IMG/VR virus record: IMGVR_UViG_3300032770_000012 | Location: 37,194 to 101,193 of that record | Source of the DNA: a virus | Strand: one strand, 5' to 3' | DNA: 64,000 nt | Shown: in pieces, positions 25,979 through 33,938 of the stretch | Numbering within the stretch: the stretch's first letter is position 1 | Layout: each line of letters starts with the position of its first letter | Program-made: the position numbers and the translations under genes | The notes under the pieces: generated by a model | The model's database searches: none | What the model saw: only the letters and a program-made list of their open reading frames with translations | What the model was told of the DNA's origin: nothing

Positions 25979-28822
25979 ATGGCGGACTATCTTAGACCCT
26001 ACCAGCGCCGCGAACTCATCAAGGCGTACCGATCCTGGAAAGCGGGCTGCACGCGGCAACTATGGTGTCTTCCAACGGGGGCGGGGAAAACTTTATGTGC
26101 CGCGATCATCCCGCAGTGGAAGATTCTGGGAGAAAAGGGCCAATTGTGGTTCCTGGTCCACCTGGACGAACTTGTAGGCCAAGCGGAGCGCACCTTTAAA
26201 CGGATCAACCCAACGCTGCGCGTCGGAATCGAAAAAGCCGAGCAATACGCAAGTCCAGATCTGGATATTGTCATCGCGTCTATACCGAGCGTGGAGCGTA
26301 ATGACTGCGAGCGCATCCGGCGCTTTGATCGCCGCCGCATCCGAGCCGTCGTATGCGACGAAGCTCATCACCTAGTCAGCAATCAGCACCGTGCCGTCGT
26401 GACGGCCTTAGGGGTCATGAAGGGCGATCCCGATGCCGATCCTTCCCGTTTGTTCGCGGGCATCACAGCGACGCCCCTGAGGAGTTCCGGGGAGGGCCTA
26501 GAGGCATTCTTTGACGAGATCACGATCTCGGTCGGGATGCGCGAACTGATGACAACTGGCCCAGAGATCAACGGCTCGATCTATCCCTGGTTGGCGGACG
26601 CTGTTGCTTACCAGATCAACACGGACATCGATCTCGATCAGGTCAAGATTCGGGCGGGCGACTTCATGCCGAAGGATCTTGGCCGTCTCATCAATACGCC
26701 GGAGCGCAATGCTTTGGTTGTGCGCAAATACCAGGAATTCGGATTGGGTTTGCCGGGATTGGCTTTTACTTGCAGCATCGAGCATTCGCATGATCTGGCG
26801 AGTGCCTTCAATACCGAGGGTCTCCCTGCCGTCGCCGTCAGCGGCAACACCTCTCGGCGCGAGCGCGACTCGATCATCGCCCGGTACAACACTGGCGAGA
26901 TAAAGGTGCTCACCAGTTGCTCTGTATTCGTGGAGGGATTCGATCTGCCGAGAGCTACCGTGAATGTACTGGCAAAACCGACAAGGAGTAACTTGCTTTA
27001 TTGTCTTGATGGGGAAACCGAGATCTTGTCTTCCGAAGGATGGAAAACGATTGGCAATATTATTCCTGGAGATATCGTATGCGCTGTTGAGCCTGAGGAT
27101 CTTAGGGCCCAATGGGTCCCCGCCGATTCAGTAATCGAACGGATAGTTTGTCCAGAGGAGAAAATGGCGAGCCTTGTGAGCGCCCGCATGAATTTTCGGG
27201 TTTCCGATAAACATCGCATGTTGTGTTTTGATCGGCATGGGAATCATCCAGATTTCGTACTCGCAGAACAACTTGCAGTTTGCTCGCATTCTTATAAACT
27301 TCCGGTTGCCGCCATCTCTTCTTTCCCGGACGCTCCGTTGACCGATGACGAACTGCGGCTCATCGGATGGTTCTTGACCGATGGATGTCACAACCGGAAG
27401 AATAATGCCATCAACATCTGTCAATCGATCACTCATCCTGAATATATAACAGAGATCAGGTCAATCCTCGACTCCTGCCGGATTCGATACGGAGAAGCCA
27501 AGCGAACGGGTTCCAATTTTGGGTCCAAATATGCGGACCGCATTGTCTTTTACTTCAGCAAAGGAGACCCGCGCAAAATCTCTGAGCGTAACAAGCGTGG
27601 ATGGTCCTATTTATCCGCGTACCTAGACAAATCCTTTACTGATTCACTGATGGCCGTATCTGACAGACAGCTTGGAGTGATGCTTGAGGCTATGAACAAA
27701 GGCAACGGTTCTAAGTGCCAAAAGATTACTTGGACGCGGCGCAGCTACGACATTTGTTTTGGCAACAAGAGGTTGGCCGAGCGCATTCAAATCGCCTGCA
27801 TAACGCATGGATTCGCTTGCAATCTGTCGATTATTCCCGCTTCCGAAAAGCGCAAGAGCGAATTTTACATGCTCCATATCAAAAAGAGGGCCTTTAGTAT
27901 CGTTGGTGGCACAACCCTATCACATGATCGACCAACGCTTGCGTTGGCGGACCCAAAACCTTCAGAACGAGTTTGGTGCGTCTCCAATCGAATCGGCACT
28001 ATTGTGACCCGCAGGAAAGGCAAGGTCTGTATTGTCGGTAACTGCCAAATGCTCGGACGTACCTTTCGGCCTTACCCGGCACCGGAAGACTACTTACGCA
28101 TGGTCGCGGCTGGTCAGCGGCCCGATTACATCAAGCCTCATGCGATCATCCTGGATTTTGCCGACAACTGCGGTCGCCACGCCGGGGCCTTAATGCAACT
28201 TCCAACGCTCTACGGCCTGCGCCCGGACTTCAACATGCGCGGCAAGAGCGTCACCGAGGTCGTGGAGGAAATCGAGCAGTTGCTTGAAGTCCAGCCCGCC
28301 ATCGATCTTCAGCACTGCCGGTCGATCGAGGATGTCCGCTCCCAGGTCGATTCGGTCGATCTGTTTGCCGTGCCGGTGATCCCGGAGAAGATCCGCAAGC
28401 TGGCAAAGTTTCACTGGTTCCAGCTTTGGAGTGATTCCTATCAGTTGCGAACTTTGGTCGGAACTGTCGAAATTCGTCAGAACTTGCTTGGGGCCTACGA
28501 GATCTACGTATCGAGGAACGGGCAGCGCGTCTTACGTAACAGCCTCAGCGATCTGCGCGAGGCCGTTCAATTCGGAGAGAGTCTCGTACCGCCCGAGGAG
28601 CGGACATTGCATCGTAAGTCGGCCAAGTGGTTGTCAAAAGAGCCGACGTTCGCCCAATGCGATCTCTTGAGGAATAAAGATAACCGTTTCCGCGCTCGTT
28701 TTGAATCCAGCAAAGAACTCTTCCGACACGTTATGTGCGAATTTCGAAACGGAAACAAAAGCTATTCTCGTGGTGGAATTTCCAGGGCCATAGATCGGAT
28801 GAGGCTTTCCGGCTTGAAATAG
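25979..28822 (+). CDS. Superfamily 2 (DEAH, ResIII/Irc3-like) helicase with an intein
   Basis: LRPYQ, PTGAGKT, DEAHH, TATP, VEGFD; motif VI Y|CQMLGR split by the intein. Confidence 0.95.
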   Translation: MADYLRPYQRRELIKAYRSWKAGCTRQLWCLPTGAGKTLCAAIIPQWKILGEKGQLWFLVHLDELVGQAERTFKRINPTLRVGIEKAEQYASPDLDIVIASIPSVERNDCERIRRFDRRRIRAVVCDEAHHLVSNQHRAVVTALGVMKGDPDADPSRLFAGITATPLRSSGEGLEAFFDEITISVGMRELMTTGPEINGSIYPWLADAVAYQINTDIDLDQVKIRAGDFMPKDLGRLINTPERNALVVRKYQEFGLGLPGLAFTCSIEHSHDLASAFNTEGLPAVAVSGNTSRRERDSIIARYNTGEIKVLTSCSVFVEGFDLPRATVNVLAKPTRSNLLYCLDGETEILSSEGWKTIGNIIPGDIVCAVEPEDLRAQWVPADSVIERIVCPEEKMASLVSARMNFRVSDKHRMLCFDRHGNHPDFVLAEQLAVCSHSYKLPVAAISSFPDAPLTDDELRLIGWFLTDGCHNRKNNAINICQSITHPEYITEIRSILDSCRIRYGEAKRTGSNFGSKYADRIVFYFSKGDPRKISERNKRGWSYLSAYLDKSFTDSLMAVSDRQLGVMLEAMNKGNGSKCQKITWTRRSYDICFGNKRLAERIQIACITHGFACNLSIIPASEKRKSEFYMLHIKKRAFSIVGGTTLSHDRPTLALADPKPSERVWCVSNRIGTIVTRRKGKVCIVGNCQMLGRTFRPYPAPEDYLRMVAAGQRPDYIKPHAIILDFADNCGRHAGALMQLPTLYGLRPDFNMRGKSVTEVVEEIEQLLEVQPAIDLQHCRSIEDVRSQVDSVDLFAVPVIPEKIRKLAKFHWFQLWSDSYQLRTLVGTVEIRQNLLGAYEIYVSRNGQRVLRNSLSDLREAVQFGESLVPPEERTLHRKSAKWLSKEPTFAQCDLLRNKDNRFRARFESSKELFRHVMCEFRNGNKSYSRGGISRAIDRMRLSGLK
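27002..28042 (+). mobile_element. Intein (347 aa) with LAGLIDADG endonuclease, inserted in helicase motif VI
   Basis: CLDGETEILSSEGWK, SDKHRM, LIGWFLTDG, VWCVSNRIGTIVTRRKGKVCIVGN then Cys+1 (penultimate Gly). Confidence 0.93.
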
Positions 28823-28845
28823 GAGCGAACTCCTCGTCCGCTCCT
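28821..28845. terminator. Hairpin between the convergent helicase and GGY array 1
   Basis: Minus-strand 10-bp stem aggagcggac/gttcgctcct with a 5-nt loop, directly 3' of the array. Confidence 0.65.
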
Positions 28846-28850
28846 CAATT

Positions 28851-29057
28851 GGGCCGTACCGATCCATACCGCACCATTGCCGGGCGATCCTTATCCAGCC
28901 AAGCCGGATCAAGCCCGACCAAGCCATTACCACCCCCTGCCGAGCCGGGCCTGACGCCGCCCCTGCACGCCGAACCCCGACCAGCACGACCGTACCGCAG
29001 CCAACAACGCCAGCGCCTTGCCTGTCCTGATCGTGCCTTGCCACTCCCGAACGAACC
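28851..29057 (-). repeat. GGY-NN pentamer array 1 (putative guide-like ncRNA)
   Basis: Minus strand reads ggttc gttcg ggagt ggcaa ggcac gatca ggaca ggcaa ggcgc ... ggctt ggtcg ggctt gatcc ggctt ggctg gataa ggatc ... ggtgc ggtat ggatc ggtac ggccc; starts 15 nt after the RAMP-like stop. Confidence 0.85.
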
Positions 29058-29071
29058 ACGGTTTATCCCGT

Positions 29072-29689
29072 TTACTCTACGACAAATTTGACTACCTGAA
29101 ATCTCCCAAAGCTGGGCCGGAAATCTCCGACGCCGACCAGACGTCCAGCGGATTGGAATACCTCGTTCAACAACTGATCCGAGATGTACTCCGGTAGTAC
29201 GCACTCTAGTCTGACCTTGATCCTCCAGCCAATCTGCATTGCTGGCCTGCTCCGCGTGATCGCGGACTTTTGAATCACTACTCGCCTACGGTCTAGGTAG
29301 TCCCAGTCCTTGACGCCCAACGAGCAGTACTCGTCCAGCGCGATGATGCCAGCCTTGAAGATGTCCATGGCGGACTTGCGCGGAGACCTCGGGTCCTGCT
29401 TGAATTTGGCGGCACCGATGATGGACATTCTGAAATACTCGCTCGGGATCGCCAGATTTCCTTTGGAATCGCGGTAGACGTAACTCTCGGTGTCGTCGGT
29501 CTTCTTGGCCTTGCTGCCTTTGGAGGCTCTGGCTTTTTCCTCCACTCCTTCCACGCTCCATCGATGGAACAGGAATGGGCTGGTCCCAACAATTTCGGCC
29601 TGGACCACATAGGGTTCGCTGAATGAAATGATCTTGCCGCCATCATTGCTGACAGGGGCCAAAACGGTGGCCTGATTTGATTTTGCCAT
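29072..29689 (-). CDS. Stand-alone Cas7/RAMP-like protein
   Basis: RRM beta1 VVQAEIVGTSPFLFH, LAIPSEYFRMSIIGAA (cf. IPGSSLKG helix), C-terminal Gly-rich loop AGRLVGVGDFRPSFGRFQV; GAGG RBS. Confidence 0.78.
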   Translation of the reverse strand: MAKSNQATVLAPVSNDGGKIISFSEPYVVQAEIVGTSPFLFHRWSVEGVEEKARASKGSKAKKTDDTESYVYRDSKGNLAIPSEYFRMSIIGAAKFKQDPRSPRKSAMDIFKAGIIALDEYCSLGVKDWDYLDRRRVVIQKSAITRSRPAMQIGWRIKVRLECVLPEYISDQLLNEVFQSAGRLVGVGDFRPSFGRFQVVKFVVE

Positions 29690-29708
29690 GTTTATACCTC
29701 GTATACCG

Positions 29709-29750
29709 ATACTACTTTAGTCTTGCAGTATAGTCAAGACTTGATATACT
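29709..29750. promoter_or_regulatory. Overlapping divergent promoters with operator-like inverted repeat
   Basis: Minus: TTGACT (29737-32)-17-TAGTAT. Plus: TTGCAG (29723)-16-TATACT with extended TG. IR AGTCTTG-N9-CAAGACT at 29719-29741. Confidence 0.7.
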
Positions 29751-29756
29751 GTTCAC

Positions 29757-29918
29757 ATGAAAGATTCGGATCGAGAGTTTTTGCACTTTCTGATACCAAA
29801 AAGGCTCCTCGAACGGATCGAGGAGTTTCGGTTTAAGAATCGTTTCCCATCAAGAGCGAGAGCGATCACTTGGCTCTTAGACTGGGCTCTATCCAACAAT
29901 CCTAAACCCGAACAGTGA
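29757..29918 (+). CDS. Ribbon-helix-helix (CopG/Arc-like) regulator, 53 aa
   Basis: Manual translation MKDSDREFLHFLIPKRLLERIEEFRFKNRFPSRARAITWLLDWALSNNPKPEQ; probably leaderless. Confidence 0.8.
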   Translation: MKDSDREFLHFLIPKRLLERIEEFRFKNRFPSRARAITWLLDWALSNNPKPEQ

Positions 29919-29938
29919 TTGATTTCGTGGACCGCCGA

Positions 29939-30190
29939 GGTTTACAGCGCTGCGGCAGTGCGGGGCGTAGGTTAGGCCGTCCATGGTACGTAAACGGCAT
30001 GGTCGTCTGATGCGAGGTCTGGCGGGGCGGTCTGAGATTAGGTTCGTTGCGGTCGTGCGTGGAAATCAGCGGTAAGGCGGGCAGATGTTGGGTACGCTAA
30101 GGCAAGGCTCTGTATGGCCCGGTATTGTTCGCAATGGTTATCCGGGGAATGGCAGACATAGGCTGTGTTAGCAGTGGCATGGAAAGGTCT
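29939..30190 (+). repeat. GGY-NN pentamer array 2 (putative guide-like ncRNA)
   Basis: 29996-30190 is 39 consecutive in-phase 5-mers: 19 begin GGY, 3 GGA, 6 TGY; further units upstream with two 1-nt slips. Confidence 0.88.
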
Positions 30191-30258
30191 ATCGTAACTA
30201 CTCGCGCGGCGGGATATCACGCGCCATTGATAGAATCAAGTTGGCGAAGGAAGGCTAG

Positions 30259-30459
30259 ATGATCCGCCACTTTCTCGCTCAAAACTCGTGCTACCGTCGC
30301 TGGAGCGGAGGAATCTGGTTCTACGTCAATCCAGAACCATTCCCCTATATGTTCTTCTGGCAAAGAGAGAAACCGAGCCACATCGAGCGTCTAATCGAAG
30401 TCGAAGCCGATGGCGTGGATATAACCTGGATTTACAAGGGAGTGATTCCGCAGGACTAA
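30259..30459 (+). CDS. Hypothetical protein
   Basis: AAGGAAGG RBS; 66 aa. Confidence 0.55.
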   Translation: MIRHFLAQNSCYRRWSGGIWFYVNPEPFPYMFFWQREKPSHIERLIEVEADGVDITWIYKGVIPQD

Positions 30460-30668
30460 CTGCGGGTCTTCTTCCGCCCTTTCCGGCGCTCCGCGATGGT
30501 CCTCATTGCCTTCGCGAAGGCCGCCCTCTTTGCTTCCTTGCCGCCCTTGGCTAAACCGCGTTTGATCTTTGATGGAGTCGCGGCCCCGAATTTACCCTCG
30601 GTCCCGCGCCGTTTCATAGAAGCCTTAGCCCGCTTTAGAAAATAACCGCTCTTCTCTCTTTTTGCCAT
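30456..30668 (-). CDS. Small highly basic protein (possible virion DNA-condensing protein)
   Basis: K/R-rich 70 aa; AGGAGG RBS. Confidence 0.7.
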   Translation of the reverse strand: MAKREKSGYFLKRAKASMKRRGTEGKFGAATPSKIKRGLAKGGKEAKRAAFAKAMRTIAERRKGRKKTRS

Positions 30669-31404
30669 CTGTCCTACCTCCTTGTGTCCTACCGAACCAA
30701 GCCGACATGCATCTCTTAGAGCAAAAATCAGCGAATCCTTTATGCTTTGATCGCTTCGCCATGAATGTTACGCCGCATTCAAAACATTGCATAATACTGC
30801 GCGCTTTAATGCCTTTGGCCTTTCCGCTGCACTTTTTCGAACAGTGCATTTGCGCCCTTTTTGGGGCCATGAATTCGCGGTTGCATATTGGACAGAGTTT
30901 TGGAAATTTAGGCTTTCTGTGCGCCCTGAGCAGGTACCCCACCTTTGGATGTTCCAAGACATGGCAATCAACGCAGAGCAGTTCGCCGTTACTAATATCG
31001 AACCTTAGTTCGGGGTGAAACGCCCACGGCTGCTTATGGTGGGCATGCATTTCGATATCGGATCGACCGCATCGAACGCACTCACGGTCTCGCTCCGTAA
31101 CCGCTCGCACCCACCGTTTGTATTCCGCCGTGTGACCAGTAGGACGATTAGTTGAACGTTTACGGCTAGCGTACATGCAAGCACGGGAACAGAACTGCTT
31201 TCTTTCTTGACCCTTCGTGTAGACCTTGATCTTTCCACACTGTTGGCATCTTAAGAACGTTATCGTAACCGTGCGTTTTTTGTGTTTGCTTGAACACTTC
31301 CGCGAACAGAACCGGGCACCATCAGCAATTGCGGACGGGTACCGCACAACTGTTGTGCCACAAGCGTCACATTGGATCGCTACGGCTTTTCCGCCCTTTG
31401 CCAT
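30625..31404 (-). CDS. HNH endonuclease with multiple Zn-finger repeats
   Basis: CVRCG...HAHHKQPW...DISNGELLCVDCH; four CxxC...(F/H)CSxxC repeats. Confidence 0.9.
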   Translation of the reverse strand: MAKGGKAVAIQCDACGTTVVRYPSAIADGARFCSRKCSSKHKKRTVTITFLRCQQCGKIKVYTKGQERKQFCSRACMYASRKRSTNRPTGHTAEYKRWVRAVTERDRECVRCGRSDIEMHAHHKQPWAFHPELRFDISNGELLCVDCHVLEHPKVGYLLRAHRKPKFPKLCPICNREFMAPKRAQMHCSKKCSGKAKGIKARSIMQCFECGVTFMAKRSKHKGFADFCSKRCMSAWFGRTQGGRTDGKKREERLFSKAG

Positions 31405-31432
31405 GTGGTGCTCCTGCGCAATACTACGGGAT

Positions 31433-32296
31433 TCAGCCGAGACTTGGCAATAGGTAGGAGTTGGCCCAACTCTGCACGCCGTCCTTGAACGCGATCCGGC
31501 CCCACGGGGTATCGGCGGTCGTTCCGATGGAGTAGTCGGCTCTCAGGCTCCAGCCGTGCGCTATCAATAGGCCGCGCAGCGCCGCCTCTATCTCAACGGA
31601 ATGGGTCGCAATGTGCATTCTGCGAACCTTGCTGTTGATGGCCGCGATTGAGTCCCGGATCGCGTCGAATTCCAAGCCCTGAATGTCGCAATCGATCAGG
31701 TCCACATGGTCTACGCCAGCGATCGCATCGGCAATGCTGATGGTCCGCACCATGATCGAGCCTTTCCCCTCTAAGTGCTTGCGCACCGGCAGGCCGCAGT
31801 AGTATCCACCGTCATCCCCGGTCGCACGATCCGTGTTTACGCTCTGGCCGTACCATTCGTCCGGAGTGAATCCTTTGAATTGAACGTAGAACTGCACGAC
31901 GTTGCCGGTGGCATCGGTGACCGCCCTTTGGATCAACGTGTGCTTCTTGGGCATGATGTTGTTGTCCAGAAGATGCTCATTGAGCCACGCATAATGCTGC
32001 GGCTCGGCCTCCACGCAGATCAAATGATAGGGCACCTGGCGCTGTTCGCACGCCTTAGCCGCACGTACCGCCCACCTTCCGTAGCCAGCGCCCAGTTCGG
32101 CGATGACGTAGCGCTCCTTTGCTGCGTCAACCGATTCCAGTAAGTCCAGCCATTCAAGATATTCTTCATCGACCGCAGGGTATTGGTCAAAGAGCAATTC
32201 TCTCCGGATGCGGCTTCCCACAAAGCTATCGGCTTGGAATCCAGGCGGACAGCATGTCGAGATCGGACGGAAGCGCGAGAACACCGAATGATGCAC
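31433..32296 (-). CDS. FkbM-family methyltransferase
   Basis: ELGAGYG, VEAEP, VDLIDCDIQGLE. Confidence 0.85.
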   Translation of the reverse strand: MHHSVFSRFRPISTCCPPGFQADSFVGSRIRRELLFDQYPAVDEEYLEWLDLLESVDAAKERYVIAELGAGYGRWAVRAAKACEQRQVPYHLICVEAEPQHYAWLNEHLLDNNIMPKKHTLIQRAVTDATGNVVQFYVQFKGFTPDEWYGQSVNTDRATGDDGGYYCGLPVRKHLEGKGSIMVRTISIADAIAGVDHVDLIDCDIQGLEFDAIRDSIAAINSKVRRMHIATHSVEIEAALRGLLIAHGWSLRADYSIGTTADTPWGRIAFKDGVQSWANSYLLPSLG

Positions 32297-32299
32297 CGG

Positions 32300-32998
32300 T
32301 CAATCCCTGAATCCGTTTGCTTCCCGCTTCTCAAGTAGCGCCGCCCCTACGTTGTATGCCTCGACGCGATGCTGAGAGTTGTACACATCGTCCCATGCGG
32401 CGGTGCCGTACTCCGGATGAAAGTGCTGGAAGAAAAGATCCTGCGCTTGTATCAGCAGTCCCGGCTGTTCGCGGTCGAGCTTTTGCGTCAGCAGGGTGAA
32501 ATCGTTGTCGGCTAGCATCCCGATATAACCAGGGTGAAACAACCCCGCATAGTTATGCTCTCGAATCAATCGATGGAAATAAGGCCGGGTCACGATGTTG
32601 AAGAACATGAGAGGGTCCGGTCCATCGCCCGCCGTGCGTACCCAGACGGCGTGCTCAGCCGTCACGTCGGGGATTCGATCTAAAAGTTCGGTGTCCCAGG
32701 CTTGGCAGGGATGCCAATCGTCGGCTAGTGATATCAACACGTCTCCGCTAGCGGACATCGCCGCGCAGTTCCAGGGCTCAGCCGCTCCTGGCAGGCTAGC
32801 CGTGTTGCGCACAATGCGGGAACGGGAGAATACCGGCCAACCTTCAATCCGATCCCGATCCCCTGGGTCCAAGCATAGGACGTGCTCAATGTTTTCTGGA
32901 TGGCATGCTCGATCGAGCCATGCTTCTGCGGCAGACCTCCACCAATGCTCCGTGGTCGGGGCAAGGCGCTTAGAGGCGTGACAGAGTGAAAACGTCAT
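32300..32998 (-). CDS. GT-A fold (GT2-like) glycosyltransferase
   Basis: FSLCHAS-R, WNCAA...GDVLISLADDW, YIGMLADNDF, HFHP. Confidence 0.8.
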   Translation of the reverse strand: MTFSLCHASKRLAPTTEHWWRSAAEAWLDRACHPENIEHVLCLDPGDRDRIEGWPVFSRSRIVRNTASLPGAAEPWNCAAMSASGDVLISLADDWHPCQAWDTELLDRIPDVTAEHAVWVRTAGDGPDPLMFFNIVTRPYFHRLIREHNYAGLFHPGYIGMLADNDFTLLTQKLDREQPGLLIQAQDLFFQHFHPEYGTAAWDDVYNSQHRVEAYNVGAALLEKREANGFRD

Positions 32999-33093
32999 AT
33001 GTAACCGTTATCCGTGCCGTGTGTCTGACAAAGGGGAGGGGTTTATGGATCTCGTGACGCTCATCATCATTCTGATCCTGTTCCTTCTAAAAG

Positions 33094-33318
33094 TCACCGG
33101 GCTGTACGTGCCGGGACCGTTGAAGATCGGATAGAGCCGATCTTCGCCGCTATCCAGCGGAATGGCGCGGCCAGCATGCGGAACAGCATTTCGGAGCGGT
33201 CCTGACAGGAACATGTCCGGACGGTATCCGGAATAGCTCCGTCGTCGCGATACTTCGCCCAAATCGGGGCGCTGCACTTCGGGCAGGTCGATACCAGAAA
33301 CCAAGCGTATTGCATCAA
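33094..33318 (-). CDS. Small Zn-ribbon protein
   Basis: CPKCSAPIW...TCSC; ATGA overlap. Confidence 0.5.
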   Translation of the reverse strand: MMQYAWFLVSTCPKCSAPIWAKYRDDGAIPDTVRTCSCQDRSEMLFRMLAAPFRWIAAKIGSIRSSTVPARTAR

Positions 33319-33509
33319 CCCTCCTTTGGCTCGCGTTCAGCCGGATTGTCCAGATCTGGACATTCCGGTTCTTCGATCAGGGCCTGTCGCTCAGCGTTGC
33401 TACCAGGAATGGTCCTCAGCAGGTGCAGTGTTGCTCTCCTGAGGATGTCCAGTTCGCTATGTTCGTCTTGTTCAGTCTTTTCGGCGAACCAGTGCTTTCT
33501 TCTTCCCAA
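33315..33509 (-). CDS. Hypothetical protein
   Basis: GGAG RBS; 64 aa. Confidence 0.55.
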   Translation of the reverse strand: MGRRKHWFAEKTEQDEHSELDILRRATLHLLRTIPGSNAERQALIEEPECPDLDNPAEREPKEG

Positions 33510-33521
33510 TGGTGCTCTCCG

Positions 33522-33929
33522 TTATGGCTTATGGGTTCCTTCAACACCGCGCGCCATGCGCTTCTTGGTGCGATCCTGGAGCGCTGCCAAGCCAGCTTTG
33601 AAGTGCTCCAGCGCGATCTGGTTTTCTTCGCAGGCGAACGGTCCGGACTGGAACGATTCCAGCCGGTCAATGATGATCGCGGCTAATGCCTCCTGGGTCA
33701 CTCCATTCACGGATGCCTCTAGGATCGGGCCATTCTGGAACCAGATTGGGATTCTCTTCTTGGCGATGAATTCCTGCCGAAATCCTGGTTGCGGCGGAAC
33801 CGGCTTCGGCTCCCACGATATTTCATAGGCGTGATTTGCGCCGCCTGCGCCCGGTTCATCGAGGACATCAATCTTTAGTTGATGGTTGGCGGCATCGCCT
33901 TCCACGGTATGACTGGTTATGGTTCTCAT
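33522..33929 (-). CDS. Acb2/Tad1-like hairpin-domain protein (putative cyclic-nucleotide sponge)
   Basis: FQNGPILEASVNGVTQEALAAIIIDRLESFQSGPFACEENQIAL...RTKKRMARGVEGT family signature, recalled not searched. Confidence 0.7.
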   Translation of the reverse strand: MRTITSHTVEGDAANHQLKIDVLDEPGAGGANHAYEISWEPKPVPPQPGFRQEFIAKKRIPIWFQNGPILEASVNGVTQEALAAIIIDRLESFQSGPFACEENQIALEHFKAGLAALQDRTKKRMARGVEGTHKP

Positions 33930-33938
33930 GGTTGCTCC

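Noticed and set aside
28634-29204. ORFs 28634-29059, 28735-29091 and 28845-29204 over array 1
   Set aside because: G/R/A/P-rich translations are by-products of the stop-poor pentamer repeat, and they overlap real genes.
28851-30190. CRISPR array next to the Cas7-like gene
   Set aside because: There are no 25-45-bp direct repeats with unique spacers; the periodicity is 5 nt.
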